A DNA stretch of 56,237 nt from contig JANOTL010000160.1 in assembly GCA_031416315.1 (NCBI GenBank), forward strand, positions 1-56,237, in the 5' to 3' direction. Position numbers and translations under genes: made by a program. The DNA comes from Pseudomonadota bacterium (GTDB lineage Bacteria > Bdellovibrionota_B > Oligoflexia > Oligoflexales > CAIYRB01). This document shows positions 45,963-56,237 of the stretch, one piece after another. Within the stretch, counting starts at the first letter, position 1. Every line of letters begins with the position of its first letter. The notes beneath the pieces were generated by a model. The model did no database searches. It had not been told where the DNA came from and saw only the letters and a list, made by a program, of their open reading frames with translations.

Positions 45963-48900
45963 TTAGGGGTTCGGACCCGAGAACTTCCTCACGATGCCGT
46001 CCGCGCCGGAGGCTGGACTGGCGGTAATGTTTGTCACGTAGCCCGCGACATAGAGGTCGTTGTTGCCGTCGATCGCGATCGCGTAGAGCGCGTCCGCCCC
46101 GGCCGTGCCCGTCACGGCGGTCGTCATGTCCCAGTTCGAGTAGAGCCAATTTTTGCCGCTGCCGTTGTCCGTCGTACAGGTCGTGCTACCCAGATGGTAC
46201 TGCAAGAGCGAGGAGTTGGAGTTGGTGCTCGTCGTCGCCGTGATGTAGAGGTTGTCGATGCCGCCAGCCGTGTGGATCTTGAGGTATTGGCCTAGGGCGG
46301 TCGTGTCGCCCCCGGTGAAGTCCAGCATGTGACAGCCGTAGTTGACGTCGGTGGTGTCGTTGGCGCGCACGAGCCCCGCCGTGTAGCGGGCGACATACGG
46401 TGCGACGCCGGTGGCCTTATGAAGCGCCCAAACGTACTCGGTCGAGCCCGACAGACCGGCCGCAATTTGGATGTTCGAGGTGTCGGTGATGCCCGTCGCC
46501 GTGATGCTCTGATAGGTTCCGGCGTAGTCGTATTTGCGGATCGCCCACTTGGTCACGGCCCCGGTGTCGACGATGATGCCGGCCGCGTAGAAGTGCGAGG
46601 TCGACGGGCTGAAGGCCAAACCCGACATCGACTTCAGTTGATCCGCACCGGCGCCCGCCCCGTTGAAGGTGATATCGGTCCAACCGGAGGCCGGAATCGC
46701 GCCGGTCGTGGGATCGAGCTTCGTGATGAACCAGTCGCTGGTCGCGTTTGCGACCGATCCGCCAGCGTAGATGTAGTCGGTCCCTGGAGCCGTACCCTCG
46801 TTGTGGACCAAGACCGACCAGCAGGTGTCGTTCGTATTGCCGGTACCAGCCTTGTTGTAGGTCCACAAAACGGAGCCCGTGGGGCTGATCTTCTTGACGA
46901 CGAAGTCCAGGAGCGGCGTCGCGCCATTGTAAGCCTGGCCACAAGCGTAGACGTTGCCTGCGGAGTCCGTGGCAAGCGATTGGATCTTCTCCGTCGTGCT
47001 CGTGCCGATGTTGATGTCCAAGATTCCGGGGATCGCGCCACCGGAGTTGAAGGTGGTGATCAAGGCCCCGGTCGTCGGATTCCGGGCGATGACCCGCCAG
47101 TCGGAGTCCGTGCCGCCGGAGTTCACGAACCCGCCGCCCGAGTACACCCGCGTGTTGAACGAATCGTAGGCGACGGCCAACAAACGGTCATCGTTGACGA
47201 CCGGCGTCGCGAGCTGCCCCGTCCACTTGGATTCGCCTTCCAGCTTGTTCGCCAGGGTGCCCTTCACGTTCATCACCAGACTGAAGCCGCCAGCCGCGGT
47301 CCAGGTGACGGCCCCGCCCGTGTACAGTGTCGGGCCCGGCGCGTTGGTGTTGTCGGGGTCGAAGTCGAGGGCGAGCACGCAGCTCCCGCCCGCGGCCGCA
47401 AGGCTCCCGGCCGTGTCGCACGTGGTCGAGGTGGAGACGTCGTTGCGGCAGAAGACTTTCCCCGTACCGGCGCCGGTGGGCGGGCAGGTCGTGCCGTCGC
47501 TGTTGGCGCCCGACATCGCGAACCCGAGCGTAAAGGCGCCGCCGGTGCCGACGTTGCGCACCGTGAAGAGGGTCTGTACCAGCGTATCCATGTGCGTGTT
47601 GCCGAAGTCGTACGTCGGGCAGGTGATCTGATCGCAGTTGTAGCTGCCCGGAGCCGTAACCACCAGGAACGGATCGCCGAGGAATGACTTCACCTTCAGC
47701 ACGATGTTGCCGAGGACTGTCGCGCCGTTGAGGACCCTGAAGCCGAGCGTGCCCGCCGCATCGACGTCGGTTTGGGTCGTGTTGTAGTAGGAGATGTTGA
47801 TGTCGCAGCTGGCGCCTACGGCGAGCGTCGCCCCGACGGTACACCCGGTCGTCGCGCTCTCGATCGTGAACACGCCGTTCGCCGTACCAGTGAAGTTGCG
47901 CTGGAAGTTGGTGATCCCCGTGGCGCCGGTATTGGTGACCTTCAGCGTCTTGAACACCTTTTTGTTGGCGTCTCCGGCCTTGATGTAGTCGAAATCATAA
48001 GAGGCGCCGTCGGCGAAGGTGATCGCGGGGCCCTTGTCGGCGTAGCCTTCGAGCGTGATATAGAACGTCGCGCCGTTGGCGGTGACGGCCACCTTCTCGT
48101 ACTGCAAGCCGGAGTCGGCAGCTGCCGGGCTATAAGTGTATTGCACCGTGCAGCAGGCGCTTGCGGCCGGTGCTGCGGTACACCCGTCCACCGACTCGGT
48201 GAACTTGCCGCCGACGGGGGCCGCAAAGACCGGGGCTGGCGGCGCGGCGCCCGTGGTGGCATCGCGGCAAAGCTGCACCGTTTTTGCGGTCGACGTCGTT
48301 CCGGAGGCCTGGTTGCCGAAGACCACCGCGTACGAGTTCAACTCGTACTTCGCCACCTCGGTGAACGTGGCTGCGACTGCAATGGAAGACGGCACGGCAT
48401 GGGCCGAAGTGAGCGCGAAGCTCAGGGTACAAGCTTGGTTGGCCACGGCGGTGATGTCGAGCTCGAGCGTGACGAAGCAGTAATCGCCGGCGGCGATCGC
48501 CGTGCCACAGTTCTTGGTGTAGGGGTCAACGGCCGTGCGGCTGACGGCCGTGCACCCGGCGCTGAGCGAGGTGGCGAAGCCCGCGACGGCGGCGCCCGAG
48601 CCGTTGCTGACCCGAACCGACCGTCGCGTCTTCTCCGTATGCACGGCGCCGATGGCGTCGGAGTCGTAGTCGAAGACGCCGGCGGAGCTGAAGTTGAAGG
48701 CGTCGTTGGCCGTCACGGTGATCACGCCGAGCGCGACCGCCGTGCCGGAGAGGGAAGCCGAGGTCGACGTGCCCGTCGCCGCGATTTGCAGCGTATCTGT
48801 GAGGGTGCCTGGCGTAGCGCCCGCGACCGGCGTAAATTTCACCGTCACGGAGCATGTGAAGCCCGGGTCGAGCGTCGCAGCGCAAGTCGTCAGCGCCGCG

Positions 48901-51900
48901 ACCTTCGTGAAGTTCGTGCCCGTCGTGAAGGTCTGGGTGAACGAGACGGCTTGGCCATCGCCGGTGTTGCGTACCGTCCAGGTCAAGGAGCTACCGTCGG
49001 AGCCGCCGACCGTGGCGTTGCCGAAGACGCCCGAAGGACCAGTGAGGAGGAGGGTGGCGGAAGTCGCCGCCGTGATCGTCTGGCCCTGGGTCGCAGCGGT
49101 ATAACCGGAAGAGGGTGATTCGTCGGCGGTCAGGGTCGGCGTACCGCCCGTGCTGTCTTTGTAATATGCCGACGCGCTGGACGTGCCGTTGGTGATCGTC
49201 GCCGAGGTGATTGCGACCGAGCAGCCCGCGTTGCTGTAGAAGGCGCCGCCGCCCGAAGTGCTGGAGAGCGCGACGGTGAGGTCGGCGCCGACGGTCTTGG
49301 GGTTGCTGTTGACGTCCTGCGTCTGGAAGGTGACGGAGCCGCAGGCCGTGGTCGCCTGGCTCAGGGCGGTCGAAGTGAACGCTAGCTTCGTGATGGCGCC
49401 GGCCGAGATCGTGGCGCTTTGCGTCGCCGCGGTCCAACCCGCCGACGGGTTTTCGTCCGCGGTCAGAGTTGCCGTGCCGACGAGCGTCTGCTTGTAGTAA
49501 ACCGTGACGCTAGAGGCTGCATTCGCGATCGTGCCTTGAGTGATGACGCCAGTGCAGTTGCTGGCGCTGTAGAAGACGCCGGATCCGGCGGAGCTCGTCA
49601 GATCCAAGGTCTTCGCGCCGCTGACGGCGACCGCGTTGCCGCCGGCGTCGCGAGCGGCGATCGTGAGCGTGCCGCAATCCGAGGACGTATGCGACAATGC
49701 GGTGTTCGTGAAAGCGAGCTGGGTGATGGCGCCCGCCGTGATCGTGGCGGCCTGGGTCGCTGCGGTCCAGGTCGCAGACGGGTTCTCGTCGGCCGTGAGC
49801 GTCGGGGTGCCGACGAGCGTGTCTTTGTAGTAGACGGTGATGCTCGAGGTCGCGTTGGCAATCGATGTCTGCGTGATGACGCCCGTGCAGTTGCTGGCGC
49901 TGTAGAAGATGCCGGAGCCCGAGGTCGAGCTGAGGTCCACGGTCGTGGCGCCGCTGACGGCGACGGCGTTGCCGCCCGCATCACGCGACTGGAGCGTCAA
50001 GGTGCCGCACCCCGAGGACGTTTGCGACAGGGCCGCGTTGGTGAAGGCGAGCTGCGTGATCGCGCCGGCCGTGATCGTGGCGCCTTGGGTCGCGGCCGTC
50101 CAGCCGGCCGACACGTTCTCGTCGGCGGTGAGGGTCGGGGTGCCGACGAGCGTGTCTTTGTAATAGACGGTGGCGAGGGAGGTCCCGTTGGCGATGGCGA
50201 TCTGGGTGATGACGCCCGTACAGTTGCTGGCGCTGTAGAAGACGCCGGATCCCGACGACGACGAGAGATCGATCGTGGTGGCGGCGCCGACGTTGGCAGG
50301 GTTGTTGCCGGCGTCCCGCGTCCGCAAGGTCAGGGTGCCGCAACCAGAGGAAGTCTGGGACAAGGCGGTGTTGGTGAAGGCGAGGTGGGTGATCGCCCCC
50401 GCCGTGATCGTGGCGCCCTGGGTCGCCGCAGTCCAGGTGGCGGACGGGTTCTCGTCGGCGGTGAGGGTCGGGGTGCCGACGAGCGTGTCTTTGTAGTACA
50501 CGGTCGTGCTGGACGTCGCGTTCGCGATGGTCGCTTGCGTGATGACGCCAGTGCAGTTGCTGGCGCTGTAGTAGACGCCGGAGCCGGAGGTGGAGGTGAG
50601 GTCCAAGGTCTTCGCGCCGCTGACGGCGACGGCGTTGCCGCCCGCGTCACGAGACTGAATCGTCAAGGTGCCGCAACCCGACGAGGTCTGGGACAGGGCC
50701 GAGTTGGTGAAGGCGAGCTGCGTGATCGCGCCGGCTGTGATCGTGGCGCCTTGGGTCGCGGCCGTCCAGCTCGCCGACGGGTTTTCGTCTGCAGTTAGGG
50801 TCGGGGTGCCGACGAGCGTGTCTTTATAGTAGACCGTGACGCTCGAAGTCGCGTTCGCAATCGACGTTTGCGTAATGACGCCGGTGCAGTTGCTAGCGCT
50901 GTAGTAGACGCCTGAGCCCGAGGTGCTCGTCAAGTCGACGGTTTTGGCGCCGCTGACCGCCGCGGCATTGCCGGCCGCGTCGCGCGATTGAATGGTCAAG
51001 GTACCGCAGGCGGAGGAGCTCTGAGAGAGGGCCGAGTTCGTGAAGACGAGCTGGGTGATCGCGCCTGCGGAGATCGTGGCGACTTGGGTCGCCGCAGTCC
51101 AGGTGGCGGACGGGTTTTCGTCGGCGGTGAGCGTCGGCGTGCCGACGAGCGTGTCTTTGTAGTAGACCGTGGTGCTCGAGGCGGCGTTGGCGATCGTAGC
51201 TTGCGTGATGACGCCTGTGCAGTTGCTGGCGCTATAGAAGACGCCTGAGCCGGAGGTCGTGGTGAGGTCCAGGGTCTTCGCGCCGCTAACGACCGCCGCA
51301 TTGCTGGCCGCGTCCTGCGATTGGATCGTGAGCGTGCCGCAGCCCGTCGTGGCTTGGCTGAGCGCCGAGTTCGTGAAGACGAGCTTGGTGGTCGGCCCGA
51401 CGTTGATGGTGGCGCTTTGGCTCGCCGCCGTCCAGGTGGCCGACGGGTTCTCGTCGGCGCCGAGGGTCGGCGTGCCGACCAGCGTGTCTTTGTAGTAGAC
51501 GGTCGTGCTGGAGGCCGCGTTCGCGATCGTGGCTTGCGTGATGACGCCGGTGCAGTTGCTGGCGCTGTAGAAGACGCCGGAGCCCGAGGTCGAGGTGAGG
51601 TCCACAGTTTTGGCGCCGCTGACGACCGCAGCGTTGCTGCCGGCGTCTTGCGACTGGATCGTCAAGGTGCCGCAGCCGGCCGTCGTCTGCGAGAGCGCCG
51701 CGTTGGTGAAGACGAGCTTCGTGGTTGGACCGACGCTGACGGTGGCCGCTTGGCTTGCCGCGGTCCAGCCGACGGACGGGTTCTCGTCGGCGCCGAGGTT
51801 GGGCGTTCCGACCAGCGTGTCTTTGTAATAGACCGTGGTGCTCGAGGCAGCGTTTGCGATCGTGGCTTGGGTGATGACGCCCGTACAGTTGCTGGCGCTG

Positions 51901-54900
51901 TAGAAGACGCCGGAGCCGGAGGTCGAGCTGAGGTCCAAAGTCTTGGCGCCGCTGACGGCGACAGCGTTCCCACCCGCGTCGCGCGACTCGACGGTGACCG
52001 TGCCGCAGGCCGCGGTGGTCTGAGACAAGGCGGCGTTGGTGAACACGAGTTGCGAAATGGCGCCGGCGGAGATGGTTGCGCCTTGGGTCGCGGCCGTCCA
52101 GGTAGCCGAAGGATTCTCGTCGGCCGTGAGGGTCGGCGTGCCGATGGTCGTGTCTTTGTAGTAGAAGGTCGCGCTCGACGCCGCGTTGGCGATGGTCGCT
52201 TGCGTGATGACGCCCGTACAGTTGCTGGCGCTGTAGAAGACGCCCGCGCCCGAGGTCGTGGTCAGGTCGATGGTCTTGGCGCCGCTGACGACGGCCGGGT
52301 TGCTACCGGCGTCTTGCGACTGGACCGTGAGCGTGCCGCAACCCGTTGTGGTCTGGCTGAGGGCGGTGGTGGTGAAGACGAGCTTGGTGGTCGGGCCGAC
52401 GTTGACGGTGGCGCCCTGGGTTGCCGCGGTCCAGCCAGCGGAAGGATTCTCGGCGGCGGTCAAAGTCGGCGTGCCGACGAGGGTATCTTTGTAGTACGCG
52501 ACGGCGCCCGAGGTCCCGCTGCTGATGGTGACTTGCGTGATGCCCACGGTGCAGGTGTTATTGCTGTAGTATGCACCGGAGCCTGACGAGCTCGTCAGAT
52601 CGACCGTCGTGTTGGCGCCCACGATCGCGGCGTTGCCACCGACGTCTTGCGTCTGAACCACGAGCGCGCCGCAGCCCGCCGTCGTTTGCGTCAAGGCGGT
52701 GTTGGTGAACGCCAGCTTGGTGATCGGGCCGACGTTGATCGTCGCGCCCTGGGACGCGTCCGTCCAAAGGGCCGAGGGATTCTCGGCCGCGCCGAGGGTC
52801 GGCGTGCCGACCGTGGTGTCGCGGTAGTAGACCGTGACGGCAGCCGTGCCGTCGGCGACGGTCGCCTGCGTGATGACACCCGTGCAGTTGCTGGCGCTGT
52901 AGTACGTGCCGCCGGCGGAGTTGGTCGAGAGGTCGAGCGTCTTGGCGCCGCTGACGTTAGCGGCGTTGCCGCCGGCGTCTCGCGATTGAATGGTGAGCGT
53001 GCCGCAACCCGAGGTCGTTTGGCTCAGAGCAGCGTTGGTGAAGACGAGATCCGTCGTCGGGCCGACCGTGATCGTCGAGCCCTGGCTCGCCGCAGTCCAG
53101 CCGGCGGACGGGTTCTCGTCGGCAGTGAGGGTCGGCGTGCCGATGACCGTCTGCTTGTAATAGACTGTGACGCTCGAGGCTGCGTTGGCGATCGTGGTCT
53201 GCGTGATGACGCCCGTACAGTTGCTGGCGCTGTAGAAGACGCCCGAGCCGGCGGAAGTGCCGAGGTCGAGGGTCGTGATCGCGCCGACCGGGGCGGCGTT
53301 TGACGCGGCGTCTTGCGATTGAATGGTCAAAGTGCCGCAGGCCGCGGTGGTCTGGTTGAGCACGGAGTTGGTGAAGACGAGCTTCGTGATCGCGCCCACA
53401 GTGATCGTTTCGCCCTGCGTGGCGGCGGTCCAGCCGGCGCTCGGGCTTTCGTCCGCGGTGACCGTCGGAGTGCCGACCGTGGCGTCCTTGTAGTAGACCG
53501 TGACGCTGGAGGTCGCGTTGTCGATCGTCGTCTGCGTGATGCCGGTCGTACAGGTGTTGTTGCTGAAGAAGGCGCCGCCGCCCGACCCGGAGCTGAGGGC
53601 TACGGTCGTGGCCGCACCGACGGCGACTGGGTTGCTGGCCGCATCTTGCGACTGGATCGTGAGGGTGCCGCAGCCCGCCGTGGTTTGGTTGAGCGCCGCG
53701 TTCGTGAAGACAAGCTTGGTGATGCTGCCCGCGTTGACGGTCGCGCCCTGGCTGGCGGCGGTCCAACCGGCCGAGGGGTTCTCGTCGGCGCCGAGAGTCG
53801 GCGTGCCGATGGCGGTATCTTTGTAGTAGACGGTCGCAGTGTGGGCGGCGTCGGCGATCGTGGCTTGAGTGACTGAGCCCGTACAGTTGCTGGCGCTGAA
53901 GAAGGCGCCCGATCCAGACGTCGTCGTAAGATCGAGCGTCTTCGCGCCGCTCACCGTGGCGGCGTTGCTACCGGCATCTTGAGACTGGATCGTGAGCGTG
54001 CCGCAGCCGGAGGTGGTCTGCGAAAGCGCCGCGTTGGTGAAGACGAGCTTGGTGGTCGGGCCGACGTTGATGGTCGATCCCTGGCTCGCCGCGGTCCAGC
54101 CGGCCGACGGGTTCTCGTCGGCGCCGAGGGTCGGCGTGCCGACCGTCGTGTTTTGGTAGTAGATCGTCGTGCTGGACGCGGTGTTCGCGATCGTGGCTTG
54201 CGTGATGGCGCCCGTGCAGTTGCTCGCGCTGTAGAACGTGCCCGAGCCGGCGCTCGAAGTGAGGTCGATCGTGGTGGCGCCGCTGACGGCGGCGGGGTTG
54301 CTGCCGGCGTCTTGCGACTGGATCGTCAAGGTGCCGCAAGCCGCGGTGGTCTGCGAGAGCGCCGCATTCGTGAACACGAGCTTGGTCGTCGGGCCGACGT
54401 TGATCGTCGAGCCTTGGCTGGCCGCCGTCCAACCGGCAGACGGGTTCTCGTCCGCACCGAGCGTCGGCGTGCCGACGGTGGTGTCTTTGTAGTAGAAGGT
54501 CGTGCTCGACGCGGCATCGGCGATGGTCGCCTGCGTGATGGCGCCGGTGCAGTTGCTGGCGCTGTAGAAGGTGCCGGAGCCGGCGCTGGTCGTCAGATCG
54601 ATGGTTTTGGCGCCGCTCACCGCGGCCGGGTTGCTGCCGGCGTCTTGCGACTGGAGCGTCAACGTGCCGCACGCCGCGGTGGTCTGCGAGAGCGCCGCCG
54701 TGGTGAAGACGAGCTTGGTGGTCGGACCGACGTTGATGGTCGAGCCCTGGCTCGCGGCGGTCCAGCCGGCCGACGGGTTTTCGTCGGCGGTGAGGGTCGG
54801 CGTGCCGACGGTGGTGTCTTTGTAGTAGACCGTCGTGCTGGAAGCGGCGTCGGCGATCGTCGCTTGGGTGACGACGCCCGTACAGTTGCTGGCGCTGTAG

Positions 54901-56237
54901 AATATGCCGGAACCGGCGCTGGAGCTCAGGTCGATCGTCTTGGCGCCACTGACGGCTGCCGGATTGTTGCCCGCGTCTTGCGATTGAATCGTGAGGGTGC
55001 CGCAACCGGCCGTCGTCTGCGAAAGGGCCGAGTTGGTGAAGACGAGCTTGGCGATGGCGCCAGCGTTGACGGTCGCGCCTTGGCTCGCGGCGGTCCAGCC
55101 GGCCGACGGGTTTTCGTCGGCGCCGAGGGTCGGGGTGCCGACCGTCGTATCTTTGTAGTAGACCGTGGTGCTGGAGGCGGCGTTGGCGATGGTCGCCGTC
55201 GTGACGACCCCGGTGCAGTTGCTGGCGCTGTAGAAGGTGCCGGAGCCGGCGCTGGTCGTCAGGTCAAGCGTCTTGGCGCCGCTGACTACGGCCGGGTTGC
55301 TGCCGGCGTCTTGCGACTGGATCGTCAAAGTGCCGCAGGCGGTCGTGGCTTGCGAAAGCGCAGCGTTCGTGAAGACGAGCTTGGCGGTCGGGCCGACGTT
55401 GATCGTCGAGCCTTGGCTTGCGGCGGTCCAGCCGGCGGAGGGATTCTCGTCGGCGCCGAGGGTCGGGGTGCCGACGGTCGTGTCTTGGTAGTAGACCGTC
55501 GTAGTGGAGGCGGCGTTCGCGATGGTCGCCTGAGTGATGACCCCGGTGCAGTTGCTGGCGCTATAGAAGGTGCCAGAGCCGGCGCTGGTCGTCAGGTCGA
55601 TCGTCTTCGCGCCGCTGACCGCGGCCGGGTTGCTGCCAGCGTCTTGCGACTGGATCGTCAAAGTGCCGCAGGCCGCGGTGGTCTGCGAGAGCGCGGCGTT
55701 GGTGAAGACGAGCTTCGCGGTCGGGCCGACATTGATCGTCGAGCCTTGGCTCGCGGCGGTCCAGCCGGCGGACGGATTCTCGTCGGCCGTGAGAGTCGGG
55801 GTTCCGACGGTCGTGTCTTGGTAGTAGACCGTCGTGGTGGAGGCGGCGTTGGCGATGGTGGCCTGAGTGATCGCGCCCGTACAGTTACTGGCGCTGTAGA
55901 AGGTGCCCGAGCCGGCGCTCGTCGTGAGGTCAATCGTGGTGGCACCGCTGACGGCGGCGGGGTTGCTGCCGGCATCTTGCGACTGGATCGTCAAGGTGCC
56001 GCAAGCCGCGGTGGTCTGCGTGAGCGCTGCCGTGGTAAACACAAGCTTGGTGGTCGGGCCGACGTTGATCGTCGCGGCCTGGCTCGCGGCGGTCCAACCG
56101 GCCGAGGGGTTCTCGTCGGCACCGAGGGTCGGCGTGCCGACGGCGGTGTCATTGTAGTAGACCGTCGTGCTGGAGGCGGCGTTGGCGATGGTCGCCTGCG
56201 TGACGACGCCAGTACAGTTGCTGGCGCTGTAGAAGGT
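45963..56237 (-). CDS. Giant repetitive surface protein/adhesin, 5'-truncated by the window edge (more than 3400 aa)
   Basis: The frame is open to the window end. About 21.5 tandem 111-aa Thr/Ala/Ser-rich repeats, then about five Ig-like (choice-of-anchor-D/ASH-like) domains with xFG/YDF starts and SCxxxxxF motifs, then a ~420-aa propeller-like C-terminus (LATDSAGNVYACG, IAIDGNNDLYVAGY). Confidence 0.9.
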   Translation of the reverse strand, partial: TFYSASNCTGVVTQATIANAASSTTVYYNDTAVGTPTLGADENPSAGWTAASQAATINVGPTTKLVFTTAALTQTTAACGTLTIQSQDAGSNPAAVSGATTIDLTTSAGSGTFYSASNCTGAITQATIANAASTTTVYYQDTTVGTPTLTADENPSAGWTAASQGSTINVGPTAKLVFTNAALSQTTAACGTLTIQSQDAGSNPAAVSGAKTIDLTTSAGSGTFYSASNCTGVITQATIANAASTTTVYYQDTTVGTPTLGADENPSAGWTAASQGSTINVGPTAKLVFTNAALSQATTACGTLTIQSQDAGSNPAVVSGAKTLDLTTSAGSGTFYSASNCTGVVTTATIANAASSTTVYYKDTTVGTPTLGADENPSAGWTAASQGATVNAGAIAKLVFTNSALSQTTAGCGTLTIQSQDAGNNPAAVSGAKTIDLSSSAGSGIFYSASNCTGVVTQATIADAASSTTVYYKDTTVGTPTLTADENPSAGWTAASQGSTINVGPTTKLVFTTAALSQTTAACGTLTLQSQDAGSNPAAVSGAKTIDLTTSAGSGTFYSASNCTGAITQATIADAASSTTFYYKDTTVGTPTLGADENPSAGWTAASQGSTINVGPTTKLVFTNAALSQTTAACGTLTIQSQDAGSNPAAVSGATTIDLTSSAGSGTFYSASNCTGAITQATIANTASSTTIYYQNTTVGTPTLGADENPSAGWTAASQGSTINVGPTTKLVFTNAALSQTTSGCGTLTIQSQDAGSNAATVSGAKTLDLTTTSGSGAFFSASNCTGSVTQATIADAAHTATVYYKDTAIGTPTLGADENPSAGWTAASQGATVNAGSITKLVFTNAALNQTTAGCGTLTIQSQDAASNPVAVGAATTVALSSGSGGGAFFSNNTCTTGITQTTIDNATSSVTVYYKDATVGTPTVTADESPSAGWTAATQGETITVGAITKLVFTNSVLNQTTAACGTLTIQSQDAASNAAPVGAITTLDLGTSAGSGVFYSASNCTGVITQTTIANAASSVTVYYKQTVIGTPTLTADENPSAGWTAASQGSTITVGPTTDLVFTNAALSQTTSGCGTLTIQSRDAGGNAANVSGAKTLDLSTNSAGGTYYSASNCTGVITQATVADGTAAVTVYYRDTTVGTPTLGAAENPSALWTDASQGATINVGPITKLAFTNTALTQTTAGCGALVVQTQDVGGNAAIVGANTTVDLTSSSGSGAYYSNNTCTVGITQVTISSGTSGAVAYYKDTLVGTPTLTAAENPSAGWTAATQGATVNVGPTTKLVFTTTALSQTTTGCGTLTVQSQDAGSNPAVVSGAKTIDLTTTSGAGVFYSASNCTGVITQATIANAASSATFYYKDTTIGTPTLTADENPSATWTAATQGATISAGAISQLVFTNAALSQTTAACGTVTVESRDAGGNAVAVSGAKTLDLSSTSGSGVFYSASNCTGVITQATIANAASSTTVYYKDTLVGTPNLGADENPSVGWTAASQAATVSVGPTTKLVFTNAALSQTTAGCGTLTIQSQDAGSNAAVVSGAKTVDLTSTSGSGVFYSASNCTGVITQATIANAASSTTVYYKDTLVGTPTLGADENPSATWTAASQSATINVGPTTKLVFTNSALSQATTGCGTLTIQSQDAASNAAVVSGAKTLDLTTTSGSGVFYSASNCTGVITQATIANAASSTTVYYKDTLVGTPTLTADENPSATWTAATQVATISAGAITQLVFTNSALSQSSSACGTLTIQSRDAAGNAAAVSGAKTVDLTSTSGSGVYYSASNCTGVITQTSIANATSSVTVYYKDTLVGTPTLTADENPSASWTAATQGATITAGAITQLAFTNSALSQTSSGCGTLTIQSRDAGGNAVAVSGAKTLDLTSTSGSGVYYSASNCTGVITQATIANATSSTTVYYKDTLVGTPTLTADENPSATWTAATQGATITAGAITHLAFTNTALSQTSSGCGTLTLRTRDAGNNPANVGAATTIDLSSSSGSGVFYSASNCTGVITQIAIANGTSLATVYYKDTLVGTPTLTADENVSAGWTAATQGATITAGAITQLAFTNAALSQTSSGCGTLTLQSRDAGGNAVAVSGATTVDLSSTSGSGIFYSASNCTGVITQTSIANATSSITVYYKDTLVGTPTLTADENPSATWTAATQAATITAGAITQLAFTNTALSHTSSDCGTLTIAARDAGGNAVAVSGAKTLDLTSSAGSGVFYSASNCTGVITQGTIANAASSVTVYYKQTLVGTATLTADENPSAGWTAATQSATISAGAITKLAFTSTALSQATTACGSVTFQTQDVNSNPKTVGADLTVALSSTSGGGAFYSNAGCSVAITSATITNGTSSASAYYKDSTGGTPTLTADESPSSGYTAATQGQTITAATSATLLLTGPSGVFGNATVGGSDGSSLTWTVRNTGDGQAVSFTQTFTTGTNFTKVAALTTCAATLDPGFTCSVTVKFTPVAGATPGTLTDTLQIAATGTSTSASLSGTAVALGVITVTANDAFNFSSAGVFDYDSDAIGAVHTEKTRRSVRVSNGSGAAVAGFATSLSAGCTAVSRTAVDPYTKNCGTAIAAGDYCFVTLELDITAVANQACTLSFALTSAHAVPSSIAVAATFTEVAKYELNSYAVVFGNQASGTTSTAKTVQLCRDATTGAAPPAPVFAAPVGGKFTESVDGCTAAPAASACCTVQYTYSPAAADSGLQYEKVAVTANGATFYITLEGYADKGPAITFADGASYDFDYIKAGDANKKVFKTLKVTNTGATGITNFQRNFTGTANGVFTIESATTGCTVGATLAVGASCDINISYYNTTQTDVDAAGTLGFRVLNGATVLGNIVLKVKSFLGDPFLVVTAPGSYNCDQITCPTYDFGNTHMDTLVQTLFTVRNVGTGGAFTLGFAMSGANSDGTTCPPTGAGTGKVFCRNDVSTSTTCDTAGSLAAAGGSCVLALDFDPDNTNAPGPTLYTGGAVTWTAAGGFSLVMNVKGTLANKLEGESKWTGQLATPVVNDDRLLAVAYDSFNTRVYSGGGFVNSGGTDSDWRVIARNPTTGALITTFNSGGAIPGILDINIGTSTTEKIQSLATDSAGNVYACGQAYNGATPLLDFVVKKISPTGSVLWTYNKAGTGNTNDTCWSVLVHNEGTAPGTDYIYAGGSVANATSDWFITKLDPTTGAIPASGWTDITFNGAGAGADQLKSMSGLAFSPSTSHFYAAGIIVDTGAVTKWAIRKYDYAGTYQSITATGITDTSNIQIAAGLSGSTEYVWALHKATGVAPYVARYTAGLVRANDTTDVNYGCHMLDFTGGDTTALGQYLKIHTAGGIDNLYITATTSTNSNSSLLQYHLGSTTCTTDNGSGKNWLYSNWDMTTAVTGTAGADALYAIAIDGNNDLYVAGYVTNITASPASGADGIVRKFSGPNP
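49070..56237 (-). repeat. Intragenic tandem repeat with a 333-bp period (21 full units plus one partial)
   Basis: The ADENPS-like motif recurs 22 times at about 333-bp spacing. Each unit has CGTLTIQSQD...FYSASNCTG...YYKDT. Confidence 0.93.

Noticed and set aside
49070..56237. Periodic repeats as a CRISPR array, and the recurring 78-84 aa plus-strand ORFs as a gene family
   Set aside because: The period is 333 bp, in frame, with no unique spacers. The plus-strand ORFs are antisense shadows of the adhesin repeats.

Overview
A 56 kb GC-rich bacterial window. Gene content suggests a deltaproteobacteria-like lineage such as Bdellovibrionota or Myxococcota (inference only). From left to right: (1) a minus-strand oleABCD olefin/beta-lactone operon, followed by a TetR gene, an MFS transporter fused to an apparently catalytically dead alpha/beta-hydrolase, and a probable lipoprotein; (2) a divergent pfaD-pfaA-pfaBC PUFA-synthase operon with two ACP domains and no PPTase in the window; (3) a polysaccharide module with a Wzc-like protein carrying a degenerate kinase, a Wzy/O-antigen-ligase-family protein, a frameshifted GH44, an SGNH protein, an MBOAT and a cNMP-binding protein; (4) dps; (5) the best novelty candidate: two paralogous exported small Cys proteins upstream of a heme-oxygenase-like diiron-type enzyme with a possible RRE-like N-terminus (candidate RiPP-like system), divergent from a lipoprotein with a DxDDTA class II cyclase-like motif, a secreted protein and an EamA transporter; (6) an unusual GT51 transglycosylase-propeller-S9 peptidase fusion, a ligase-like membrane protein and a lysozyme-like/amidase protein; (7) exported proteins, including a double C-type-lectin-fold protein and the 3' part of a giant adhesin with about 21.5 tandem 111-aa repeats. 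No rRNA, tRNA, CRISPR array, transposase or reverse transcriptase was recognised. All calls come from motif reading by eye; no database searches were run.
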